From the NCBI GenBank assembly GCA_051942245.1, contig JAVECL010000209.1:1-35937 (forward strand): DNA of 35,937 nucleotides. Reading direction: 5' to 3'. Below are positions 21,523-33,307 of the stretch, one piece after another. The stretch is from Trypethelium eluteriae (lineage: Eukaryota). The notes below the pieces were generated by a model, which did not search any database, was not told the origin of the DNA, and saw nothing but the letters and a program-made list of their open reading frames with translations. Position numbers and translations under genes: made by a program. The stretch's first letter is position 1; each line of letters begins with the position of its first letter.

Positions 21523-23873
21523 ATGTCATACCATCGACTTCCCTTTATTCGCAAACCAAGCCAAGCTTTAGACGACGAGATCGAGCTTCTCGGGCCCTCG
21601 CAGGACAAATCGAATCAAACACAAGCAAACAATATCGAGTCAAATTCCTTGCTATCGCCTTTTCGTTCCCAGATAGAAGCGGCCGAACTCGTTGAGGATG
21701 ACGATGTCTCTGAAATCCAGGGCAGCAGATCCTGGAGGATAAAACATCGAACGGGCTGGAGATTTGGTGTTATTTGCGGCTGCGCTTCGGCTTCCGCAGT
21801 CTTTCTCATTAATCTCATTGTCACGATATATGCTGCTGCAAGCCACGCGCATGCGCCCGGCAGAGTTGATGATGATAGCGGAAGATTGACATTGTTTTAT
21901 GGATCCTGCTCCAAAGCCCAGCATCTAAACATTGTTATACACTTCATCATCAACGCCCTCTCGACCGTCCTGCTGAGCGCAAGTAATTACTGCATGCAAT
22001 GCCTCTCGGCTCCTACAAGGACTGAAGTTGACAGGGCACATGCGAAGAAGGCGTGGGCTGACATTGGTGTGCCGAGTATCAGAAACTTGCGTTTGATTGA
22101 GAGGCGGAAAGTAATCCTATGGGGATTATTGAGTTTATCTTCTCTTCCACTCCACCTTCTGTAAGTTCTGATCCTTCTCATGATACATATAGCACTAAGT
22201 ATACATTTTAAGTTACAACTCTGCCGTCATCAACTCCATAGCCGCTTGGGAATACCAGATTATACTGGCGAACGACACGTTCGTGCAAGATGACTTGTGG
22301 CAGCAAAGTCTGGGCACTGGTGATGTCTCGCCTCAAATCATTCAGATCCACGATACATTCTTCTCGGGACTTTCACCGCAAAGACTTGACACGGATGAAT
22401 GCATCAGTACCTATGGACAGAGCTTTCAAACGGCCAGAGGCGACGTCGTGCTAGTTTATGAGAATGGGATCAACATCAGCGATGGGAGTGCATGGAATGA
22501 AGGCGGAGGCGTCCTCAACCTCTACAACACTCCCATTGAGGAAGGCGGCGCTGACTCGGTAGAGCAGTTCTCCTGGATATGTGCCGATGAGAATGCGGAA
22601 GGACCGGAGAGCTTGCATCTGCCTCTTTGTAGCAGCGAAATACCTCACATTAAGACCGATGCAGGTAACTGGTCACCATATTTTGGAGCGGTAGTGAGCT
22701 ATTGTCTTAGCAAGCCCCAGATTGAGATGTGCGAAGTCAATTTCAGTCTGCCGATTGCGATCGTCGTCATTCTTCTAAACGGTTTCAAGGCGATTATCAT
22801 GGCAATTACTGCATTCACCTCCAAAGAACAGCCCCTAGTCACTGTCGGTGACGGCGTTGCGTCTTTCCTGAGAAACAAAGATACAACAGTCAGCAACATG
22901 TGTCTGTCCTCGAGAATGGATTTCGGAAATAAGAAAAACTGCCGCCGTTTGCTATCACAGCAAGCACTGCCTCAGCTCTGGGTGGCAAACAGGACTCGAT
23001 GGTTTCGGGCAGCAAGCAAAATGAGATGGGTAGCAGTCATTACTTTGTACTAGTGTCCAGCCCAGAACCTTTGGAGAGAGATATTGACTTGCTTTCAGAT
23101 ATTTGGTTGCCCTTATTACTTGCGCATCCCTGCTTGGCTATGGTACGTCAGTGATCGATCCCCATCCTGGCTTTGGCTACTTCTGGAACCTCGGTCTTGG
23201 AGCGGTAAACACGAACACTATGATCAGTTGGACCATCCCCTCCCAAGGTATCAGCGGTGTTGTTGGTAATACTCTTGTCGCCAACATTCCACAAGTAATA
23301 CTGTCCTTTATCTATTTTACCTATAACGGTCTCTTTACGTGTATGTTACTCGCCCGGGAATATAGCGATTTTACGCTGGAGCGGAAAGGTCTTCGTGTTT
23401 CTGGCGTGCCCAAAGGACATCAACGAAGCTCCTACTTCCTGCAGCTTCCTTACCGATTCAGCCTTCCTCTCATGGCTCTGTCTGGCCTTCTGCATTGGCT
23501 TGTATCAGAAAGCATCTTCTTGGTCAGCATCAATGTGTACGACACTGTACGTGGAGCTAGTGACGGAAATATTATGACGTGTGGATACTCGCCTGCTGCA
23601 ATTCTTCTAGTAATACTTGCTGGCATAGCAATGGTTGCGACAATCCTGGTTTTTGGATCTTTCCGCCTCAAGCCTGGAATCCCGGTGGCAAGTAGCTGCA
23701 GTATTGCTATAGCCGCTGCTTGCCATCCCGGATCTACAGGCAGCAACAGCGATATCTCGACTTCTGAGCTCCAATGGGGAGTGATTGATTTGCCCATCGG
23801 CGACAAGCCCGGTCACTGTGGATTCTCAAATGAAAGCGTTGGAATGCCGGTCGAAGGTCCCCTGTACGCGTAG
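21523..23873 (+). CDS. Multi-pass fungal membrane protein, DUF6536-like, ~748 aa; exons 21523-22160, 22213-23046, 23099-23873
   Basis: Family-typical motifs GWRFGV, SASNYCMQCLSAPTR, DIGVPSIRNL, SSLPLHLLYNS, TVGDGVASFL, QRSSYFLQLPYRF and SCSIAIAAACHP. Two 52-nt introns. Confidence 0.85.
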
Positions 23874-26800
23874 AAGGGCGGCACCCTCCCAGAAGACACT
23901 TCATATCTGGCTCGGGTGTCAAAACTAAAGAATGTCATCTCTTGGCTTAGTGCACCAAAGCCTGGCCTTGCTTGCATGCTTTCTATCATAGTCACAGCTT
24001 CAGCCAATCGTCAGATAATTCATTCAGAAAGCGATTCGAGCATGTGGTTCGCAGAGTCTCCATTTCCGGAACATCTTTACAAGGAAGCTCTTTTTCTTAG
24101 AATGGCAATGGTGATTGGGGGTTGCGGAAGTGCTACTCCACACTTGACCGTAGCCTGAAAAATCTTTACCGAAGCCGCAAACGGTAAAGGAAGTAAGGAC
24201 TCAAACAATACGTGTTTGTCTGCATGCTCCAGCCGGATCTGGCGAAGACCTCATGTCGCTGACCAGGCTCCTCCAAAAGCCACTGACGAAACGGCTCGCC
24301 CATCTTGCACAGCGATTCGGAGTACCATGCGGCCTATTCCCTTGGATTGACCATCTTAATTCTCCAAGCAACAGGAGCGTTTCGGTCGAAAACGGCGGAC
24401 TTCAGGAGACACGAGTGCGACTGAACGGGCAATTCTACAAGGAACCTGGGCGCGGACTATTATAGACCTAGTCCGGTGTGCATAATAGAACCTAGGAGCT
24501 AGCTTTTTTCGTGTAGAGCAACTTCAGACCTCTGACTGCGTATTGACTTGACTTGAGAGTCCCATCCAGTGGTTGAATCTTCCAAGGTCAAGACCGTGGG
24601 CTTCGGGAGGCAAACTTCTGGAAAACATATTCGGCACCTGGCGATGAAGCATTCCTTTGTCCAGTAAGGCGGGACATGCTCTAACCAGTAAACAGGCGTG
24701 CCCCTGAGGCAAAGCCGGCCAGCTGCAGCAGCGCCGCAAACCCCACGGAACCAAGGACTTGCTGAGCGGCATGGGCCGCACGATGTGGAGTGAGTTTACA
24801 GGCATTCCAAGCGAGTCCATCGGAAGGATCTAAATCCTACGAGATCTGCTAGGGGATCTAGGTAGAGTGGGGCGCACTCCGCACAAGTCATTGTCGCTAT
24901 CCATTCTGAACGACCTATCGCTTACCAGAGGGAAAGTGCTCCTCGGGAATGAGGAGTATGGTCTGGATAAGATACCATGCTCACTAACTCACCTGCAAAA
25001 GGGCATCAGTACACTATGGACGTTTGATGGGTCGCTGGAGAGATACATGGAGTGTATTGTGCGGCGTACTGAATGTTCCCGCGCGTGTGGGACCCGTCGA
25101 AACGAGCAATCACTAGAATGCCGCCTAGTGTCGTTTAGTTTCAGGGGCGACGAGACGAACAAGGCTCACCGCCTCACTCTTGATAAACAATGAATAGTTA
25201 CGTCTAATGCTTTTTTCAATAGAGGATGCGTTGCTCCGATCAATGTTGCATCCACACGTGGTGAGTGATAATGACGCCCGTTATGATGCACTCTGGACGC
25301 CACGGCTCTCTGCCATGGGTCATGTCAGGGGTCTGGGCACGGGTTGAGATCTGTTTCACCACTTCCTTTTGACATTCTTGCAGCTAAGAGAATGTCCCCT
25401 GAGGTTAGTACTGCCAATCGGCTGTGAGAATTCTGACCGTCACAATGAAAACTCGCACATTGCCACGCGAGATCTCCCGCGGGACGGCAAGGTAATGCAA
25501 TGCAATGCAGGAGATTTTTGGAATCTCCTAGGTCTTGCGCTACTGTGGCTGCGAGCCTCGGCATCAAGTAATTACACCTTTTCGCAGCTAATTACGTACC
25601 ATTTCACCATTTGTTTGACGCTTACGCCAGCATTGGGAAAGCACTTGGCAGCAGTTCATGCTTGTCACCGAAAATCTCCGCCGTGGCAAATGTGCAAGAC
25701 GACGCGAGGGGAAGATGAATTGTAATTTCCAGGTTCCAATGGACTGGTTAGACTGGATGATCTGACTGGTCGTCAATTCTTGCCCTTGGTAGAACTAAAT
25801 CTTGGGTGTCTAGTCCCTGTTCCTAGTACTGTAGCCAATCTTCGAGTTATCCCACTAGGGCGACAGTCCAAGGCGGTCTCCCTCAGGCGATATTCGCATA
25901 CCTAGTTCAAAAGTGTGCTTCGATATCCGTAATATGCGGTGATGCACTGAGCTTCAAACTCCCAGCAAGAATACACCAGGGACACCTTCGGTCGCACTGA
26001 TTGATTCTCCAATGAAAGCCATGGTACCTGCAGAAAGATTTTGCCTTAGCTCCATAGCTCTAACGCTTGGCCACCGTCAATTACTAAAGCACCAAAGCTC
26101 AACGGCCCATTCAGCAATTTGCCCGAGTCTAGAGGATGGTCCCGGAATGCAGGCCACGTCAATTTGATAGCCCGCTTCTTTCGCTTCTCTTCCTTCGTTG
26201 TTTGCGGCATCGATGTGATCTTGCGCATGGCGCAACTCATCGGGAATGGCAGCCACGCTTCTCACAGATTGAGGATCCGCAAATCGTGGCTGACTGAAAC
26301 GTCGGAATCCCTGTTTCCCTGACGGGAGAAGATAAGGTCCACGGAGTACACTCAGCGCTCTTGATAATACTGTAAGATCTCATAGTGGAAAGTCGGAAAA
26401 CTAATCTCTAGCCAAAATTTCCCTCCGTGTCTCCGCATTGCATTACAGTTACGGACGAATCTAGCTGGGCCTCATACCACCACTAGAGTAGTCCAAGATG
26501 ACCTCGTCGGTACCCGGCAAGCCCCAACGCAGCGTAGTAGGATGGTAGCTAACGCCCACGCTGATCCGGGGCACAGAAGCTCAAGATCGAAGGCTCAGCT
26601 CAGGAAAATGACGCGAATTAAGAAGCTAGGCGACATCCGGAAGCAGTGGCGGCGAGCCAGGGTATCAGCGCGCCATGCCTGGTGCAGGGAAGGGAGGACC
26701 CAAGATTGGCGACAGCAATCACCCGCTGGCCGGGTGAAGCGAGCACATCTCCAATCCTCCATCCCTGTCTCAATCTCTTCAGAATTCGATGCCAGTAAGG

Positions 26801-27540
26801 CAGCTCCACAGCCTTGTCCGTGCCCCTGAGGTCCATCTTCTAGTGTTCGATCTGGTGGCGACCTCGATGGCACTCAAGCACTCTTGCCTGCCAAATAGTG
26901 CAACTCAAGCCTTTCGATGAGTGCTTGCGATGAGCTTGTGACTCTCCATTTAGCTCTTCACGGATCCATTCGGCGACCTGCAGCACCGCAGAATGTGCGG
27001 AGAGCCATCGTGGCAGAAGAGTCTCGTCTCCGCTTCGGACCACATTTAAGGCTATCAGACACGCGCCATGACTGAAAAGCACTACCGTGACTGGTTTGCC
27101 ATGCCTTGCACCCGGGCATAATCTAACGCCCTATCAGCGCCACAGCCAGTGGGGGAGCAACAATATCCTCCATGTCAAGGCATACAAGGAAGACTATTGG
27201 CTCCGATGTATTCCACGCCTGGTCTCTTCACTTCGGAACCTGGACCAGGGCCGTGCCTAGCACATCAAAGCTCGATCTGCAAAGACGGTTAGAGGCTTTC
27301 AAGTATTTAGAATACTGTTGAAGCCCATGACTATCACCATCCCTATATTACCACTAGTTTTCCGCAAATCGTCACCTCTCTACAATGCTTACATCTTAAT
27401 TCTACTTCTCTACCTTAGTATCTCAACTTGCTAGAGCTGTGGATGAGATTCAGTTCAATTATCGCATTTGTCATTTGCTCCCACACTTTAGGCTGTATAT
27501 CATAATATCTTCCCTGGTACTTCAAAAGGTCCTGAAAAAA

Positions 27541-29071
27541 ATGGTTTATTCTCTAAAATACCGAAGACCTTCTCATATCTCTTCATCTACCCAATCATTG
27601 AATGGAGAGAAAAAGCAGAAGTCTATTGATGAATCGATTCATTCACATAGCTCTGGTATGTCCAACGGCATACCGGAGGCTCTTTCATTCGACAAGATCA
27701 TCAATGGTGGAACTTGCCCTGTAAGTTTATTAGTCTTCTTCTCATACTGAATTCCCTGAGATGCTTCGTTGTGGACGTCGCCCACGAATATCAAGCCCCA
27801 AGCAGATCCATCTTCCAATGATAAAATCGCTACTGACGCTTGTTACTAAGCCCTGCACGACTCGAGACTTCATGAACTATCTCAAATACATTGAACATGC
27901 AGCGGAGAATCTGCAATTCTTTCTTTGGCACCGTGACTACACCCGTCGCTTTAATGAGCTTCCAGCAAGCGAACAGCGACTCTCCCCGGAATGGACTGCC
28001 GCACAAGCTGAAGAAGAAGCTGCTAATGCTGCAGCCGGCAAACCTCAATCCAAGCGCCTCAACAACGTAGCCGCCGACATGTTCAAAGGCACCGACTTCG
28101 CCACGGGCCCTAAAGTCACCGAAAACGAAAAGGTCGACCCCTTCTTCACACCCCCTCGCACCCCGAACGGCTCCGACAAGGCCGCCGGCATCGACCACTC
28201 CAACTCCCACATCAGTCGCAGCATCACCTCCTCCGCCGACGACGACCGCTCCACCCTCGCCAGCAGCCAACCCGCGCGCTCCTACACGAAGAAAGCGGAA
28301 GGCGCCTTCGACGACGCAGGCGTGACGCTGCAGCCCTTCACAGTGCAGCCGTTCCGCGACGAGATCTCGCGCGTCATCACCATCTACCTCGCCGACGGGG
28401 CGCCGCGCCAGCTCAACCTGGCGTCCCGCGAGCGCGCCGCCCTGCTGCACGCCCTCGCTGCCACCACGCACCCGACCGCCTTCCGCGCCGTGCTGCAGAC
28501 GGTCGAGTGGAGTCTGCGCTGTCAGGCGCATCCGAACTTCATCCGCTGGACCATCTGCAATGGGAACCGGGCGCGGGTTGTGTTTGCGCGGGGATTGGGA
28601 GTTGCGGGCATTCTTGGGGGGTTGCTTGCGAGCCTATTGATTACGTTGAGTCATGCTGGGAGAGGGTGGCGGGTGCTGCCGTTTGTGGGGTATATGATTG
28701 GTATCTCGACGCTGATTGCGGCGTGGAAGGGGATGTGTGTGGTGTTGCATGGGATGCACCATCGGCATCTGCGGCCATGGGAGCTGTTTGTGGATCATGA
28801 TGATGAGATAGCCGAGATGGAGGGGAAGGGCAGCATGGAGAGTTTGACGTCGTCCGTCCCGTCAAATTCGTACGAGGATGAACCGTGGGTCGCCAAGTAC
28901 GATAGGAGAAACATCATCCGCAAGGTCTTCGACCGAGAGATCTGGATCGAGGAGCCGGCACTGCGACAAATTCAGGATACGATTTTTATTCAATCGCTCC
29001 TCGGCGCCTTCATCGGCGCGGCGATTCTGACCGGCATTTTTTGTGCAGTGCCGCATGGGAATCTCTATTAG
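27541..29071 (+). CDS. RGS-domain protein with three C-terminal TM segments (Rax1/RgsB-like architecture), ~466 aa; exons 27541-27720, 27851-29071
   Basis: Split RGS motifs FMNYLKYIEHAAENLQFFLW and YLADGAPRQLNL...HPNF, plus hydrophobic C-terminal helices. 130-nt intron GTAAGT...CTGAC...AAG. Confidence 0.88.
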
Positions 29072-29656
29072 TAATGGTCCTGTCAGATGATTAATTGATT
29101 TACGGCGCATAGCTTTCCTTATGGACATATATCTTGTTATTGCTCTAATCTCGCTCGTTTGGCCAGCGGATACCCTCGCTTTCACATACGAACCGCAAAA
29201 TCTTGCTTCTCTTTTCTTTTCTCTCGTTTCTATTTCCGACCATTAGACAGATACGATCTGGAGGAATAATAACGGCTCGACATAGACGGAGTATGCTGTC
29301 AGACTGCGATAGGTAGAACAGTACTACGCTTTTTCGTATTGACACAGTTTGGAACTATATATCACAAGAACATTACTTTTGGTAATCTTGTATGTGACTA
29401 CCTTTCCAGATTCAGTTCGTTCTATATCCACGTCTATATAATGTTAGAGCTCGAGTCCACCGCGACAGTACCTCAATTTGCTAGGCCCGTCTGTATCCTG
29501 ACTACCGAAACCGCTCCATACACAGTATCAACATTACGGCTGCATGCGCCCAGCACATACCAGTCTGCCATACCCTGTCCACTGATTGTAAACATTCCCA
29601 CGCTCGTCCATATCACGTTACAGCCGACTCCAGTTTGGAAGGGTTTTCTCAGATAG

Positions 29657-30872
29657 TCAGGCGGTCGCACCATTGGTGGGCTTCTTTTCGTAATAGTGCG
29701 CCATCTCGAGCCCGGCTCTCTTGAAGCCACATTTCTTATAGAAGCCCTCATTTGCTTCGCTGCAATCGAGAATACTCTGTTCGGGATATGTATCAGCACT
29801 AGTCTCCTGTCTAAATCTTTGCCCCTTTCTCCTGCCAATTGTGAAGAGTAGGGAGTGCTGGCATACCTTGTAACATCCGACCTCTGAAGCAATGTAATCG
29901 AGCGCATTGATAATGCGTAGTCCTAGCTTTTTGCCTTGCTGATCCTTCGCCACAGCGATATCCTCAATGTGTCCTACGATGCCAAGGTCGTGGATGAACT
30001 TGCGCTCCACCACCAGCGTGCCCGTACCAACAATTTTGCCTACCTCATTGACTAGTAAAGTATGTCAGCTAAATCCCATTGACTTTGCTTATGAGTCGCA
30101 GCCAAAATAGAAGAATCGACATGTTGGGAACGTACTAATAACGATGACGAAGTATGAGCCATGGCCTTCGCTCTTCTTCGAAAATTGCTGCCCGTCGCTG
30201 GGGCCTGTAGGACTGGCCACGTCGGAGGTCTTCGGGACTGGAGAGGAGAGAGAGGGAGGTGGAGCACCTGTTGGAGGAGTAGAGTATCAGCGAACCATCC
30301 TCGTCATCATGAAGTACCTCATCTGCTTCGACTGCAAACTTAAAGGCTCTCGGAGTTCCATTCCCAGGGACTTGGGATGGGAAAGACGCTTGGCTCTAGA
30401 TTGCCCACCATCTATGAGCAAGTGCGGCTGCTCGAACTCGAATATAGATGAGGTCAAGTCGCCCCATAGGATGATTGCAGCCGTTTAAAGCCAGCTACCT
30501 CATGTAGTTCCATATTGGCTTCCTTGTTGACCATCACTTATCCTTACCAACCTCGATTCTCTCTCTCAGCACGAAGTCGTCTCTTTCAAGTCACTCTTGA
30601 CCACCATACATCGCTAAGTCGACTCTCGACCAAAACAGAAGAAAGGAGCACTGACCCAATCTAGCAATCCAGTCGTACCTCTCCGCCCACCTCTCCTCAC
30701 TAATGTCTCCCACTTGTGTTAGAACCCTCAATACATCGAGAAAGCCAGCATGGTAATCATTCTTCTGGAGCGGCCGCACAGTGTAACCTTCCGGTAGCGC
30801 GTTCTGAACTTCGGGAGAGATAAGGGTCGAAGAGAAGAGGGGAGCGGCGGGGAGGGTGCCGTTGGATGCCAT
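29657..30872 (-). CDS. GNA1: Glucosamine-6-phosphate N-acetyltransferase (GNAT), ~217 aa; exons 30872-30656, 30267-30136, 30051-29867, 29776-29657
   Basis: Motifs LPEGYTVRPL, GFLDVLRVLT, ERKFIH, GHIEDIAV, QQGKKLG, GCYKSILDC and FYKKCGF. Introns are 388, 84 and 90 nt, each with a GCTGA(T/C) branch site. Confidence 0.93.
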
Positions 30873-31494
30873 GGTAGATACTCTGGTCGCAAAAAACGCT
30901 TGATGATGTTGTGGCTAGGTGTGGATTTCGCAGGGACTGACAGGAGGTGTAAACGTCGTCCGGACTGTAATGATGCGTCACTGTATTGTAATCAAGGCTG
31001 TGAAGTTCGGTGGAGGAGATGGAGTCGCGGAGGTGAACAAAGAGTTTTTGGACGGTCAATTGGGGCAAGCAGATCTCTCCAGACTAACGGACTAGTGTAG
31101 AGCTGTTGTAGTAGTAGTCAAGTCAAGTATCAAAAGAAGGAATGATATGGCAGTGTTGCTATTCTGAGCTTGACAGAGCTGATCAACAGTCGGTCAGAGC
31201 ACGCATATGTGTGTCCCTGAAAGCTGCAGCTCGGTGACGCCAACTTGCAGATTTCAGCAGCCGCCAGTCTAGACTACGAGTCCCTGCATAGCGATTTTCT
31301 TGTGAAGCGCTACCCAATATATTCTGTTACTTAGTACTGAAGTGTCAAATTAAAATATACTACTCTAACATGGAAAACCACAAAAGCGCACCGCTTTGCA
31401 AACAATTAGCTTCCTAAAATGCCACTGGTATCATATGCCAACAGACCACACTCAAACTCCGCTAATACCAAAGAGCTTCCCCCATCTGTTTGAT

Positions 31495-32754
31495 CTAGCC
31501 ATCCCTTGGAGTCCACTTACTCTCCTTCTCCCACTTCGTCCCATTCACCATGACCTGTGCCTGGGCAACCATATAATCCCTTCCCTTGATTAACCACACC
31601 ATGAAACTCGGCAACTTCCACCCAAATACGGCACCCACACCCTTGCTTCTCCCCACCGGAACAATCTGCGTCTCCTTAAGATTTGGTTCGTATAGCCGGT
31701 CCTGTACCCTCGCCCTAGCCTTCTCATCCGTAACCGACGAGCCCGCCACCAGATCCGCCTTAACATTCGTCATCACTACCGGCACCGCGTCATAGATATC
31801 CATAACACCACCCCTCGTATACGACCCGACATCACCAATCGCATACACCCTCGGGCCCGCCTCATCCACCCTCAGCGTCTTCGCATTCGTCTTCACATAC
31901 CCACGCTCATTCTTCAAGCCCTGCGGCACAAACCCCGTATTCGGCGTCACCCCAACCGACGGGACATACACATCGACCGCGCTCTCCTCCCCATTCGCAA
32001 ACCGCACCACCGTCTGCCCATCGCCGCGCGCCTCCGCCCCCGCAACCTTGACCCCGTGCACGACGTCGACGCCCACTTTCGCGAGGTACGTCTCGGCCTG
32101 GCGCGACGCCGCGGGACGCAGCATCGGCAGCATCTTGTCGGAGCCCGAGTACAGCGTGATGCGGGCTTTGGGGTTGGATGGGCGGGCGCGGAACCAGCCG
32201 GCGTAGCCGTTGAGCTGGTGCCCGATTTCGCCGGCGGTTTCAACGCCGGAGGGCCCGCCGCCGCCAATGATGATGCTCTGTGCGGTTAACAGCGCTGAGT
32301 TCATCTCGTCGAGGGCTTGCTGGCTGGTGGTGTGGTCGCCGTGGAGACTGGTGAGGGGGGTGGCGGTGCGGGTGCCGGTCGCGAGGATCAAGGCGTGGTA
32401 GTTGAGGGTCTTGCTCTTGCCGGTTTGAGCGAGATTGATGGTGACGGTACGAGAATTGGGGTCCCAATTTGTGGCGGTTGCTTGCGTGAAGGTGAAGTCC
32501 GAGGTCGAGTATCGCTTGAAACCGTCGGCAATGGGAAGGAAAAGCTTAGAGTCGGGGATCATTTGCTTGGAGACCATGCTGCGGGGTGAGCCGACGCGGA
32601 AATAGAAATGCGAAGAACTATCTACGAGAGTAACATGGTATTTGCCGTCCCCCTGACTCTTTAGGAGTGGGACAATGTGCTTGAGGAAGTAGTGGGCGGC
32701 GCCAAGACCAGCAAAAGATGCACCAAGAATGATGATTTCATTTTGGGTTGACAT
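31495..32754 (-). CDS. AIF/AMID-like FAD/NAD(P)H-dependent oxidoreductase, 419 aa, single exon
   Basis: ILGASFAG FAD motif, LILATG, GGGPSGVETAGE NAD motif, VYAIGD and WLIKGRDY. The ATG is at 32754; the ORF track starts at an upstream TTG. Confidence 0.9.
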   Translation of the reverse strand: MSTQNEIIILGASFAGLGAAHYFLKHIVPLLKSQGDGKYHVTLVDSSSHFYFRVGSPRSMVSKQMIPDSKLFLPIADGFKRYSTSDFTFTQATATNWDPNSRTVTINLAQTGKSKTLNYHALILATGTRTATPLTSLHGDHTTSQQALDEMNSALLTAQSIIIGGGGPSGVETAGEIGHQLNGYAGWFRARPSNPKARITLYSGSDKMLPMLRPAASRQAETYLAKVGVDVVHGVKVAGAEARGDGQTVVRFANGEESAVDVYVPSVGVTPNTGFVPQGLKNERGYVKTNAKTLRVDEAGPRVYAIGDVGSYTRGGVMDIYDAVPVVMTNVKADLVAGSSVTDEKARARVQDRLYEPNLKETQIVPVGRSKGVGAVFGWKLPSFMVWLIKGRDYMVAQAQVMVNGTKWEKESKWTPRDG

Positions 32755-33307
32755 TTTGACTGGATGATTGCTCAATGTACGGTATTTAAGGAGATAGAAC
32801 GAGACAAGTTGACTTTGAAAGAAGCTTCAGCTTTTGAGTTCGGAGAGTAAGTGGGGAGTCCCGATTGAAGCTTGAAGTATTTAGTGTATCATGATGGAAA
32901 CCACTACCTACCATTTATAACAAAGACTACTGCGATAATGAGTGAATTGCACTTAACAAAGATGGCGACAGAATATGAAAGGTCGATTACCAAGTACAGC
33001 CTTGCTTAGACGGAGCTTTGCAACCAACGAGAGCATTATTAATGAGGTGTTTGCATTGCGAAGGGACCGTAACGTCGGAGCCTCCAAAGTTTCACCGGAT
33101 TTGGTATCGTATGAGCGGCACAGGATGTCGTCATCGCAAAATAACCAAACAAGGAAAGAACCTCACGGGAAATGGGGCCATCCGCCCCGTTTTCGGCTCC
33201 TCCAGTATCCTGCTTCCGGGCTTCTTAGATAATCATGGTCATGTCGAGCGTTGCGACAGTGAGCATCGGCGTAGAAACAACCGTCTCCGCCGACAATCAT
33301 ATTCAAA

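Noticed and set aside
11013..23873. RiPP cluster (proteases + methyltransferase + DUF protein)
   Set aside because: No repetitive KR-delimited precursor, no DUF3328/UstY oxidase, and the methyltransferase is not borosin-type.
10000..27400. Starship or other transposon as carrier of the accessory block
   Set aside because: No tyrosine-recombinase captain, transposase, reverse transcriptase, LTR or terminal repeats were recognised.
30280..30315. Box C/D snoRNA in the GNA1 intron (ATGATGA...CTGA on the minus strand)
   Set aside because: The boxes are only ~14 nt apart, and the CTGA coincides with the intron branch site.
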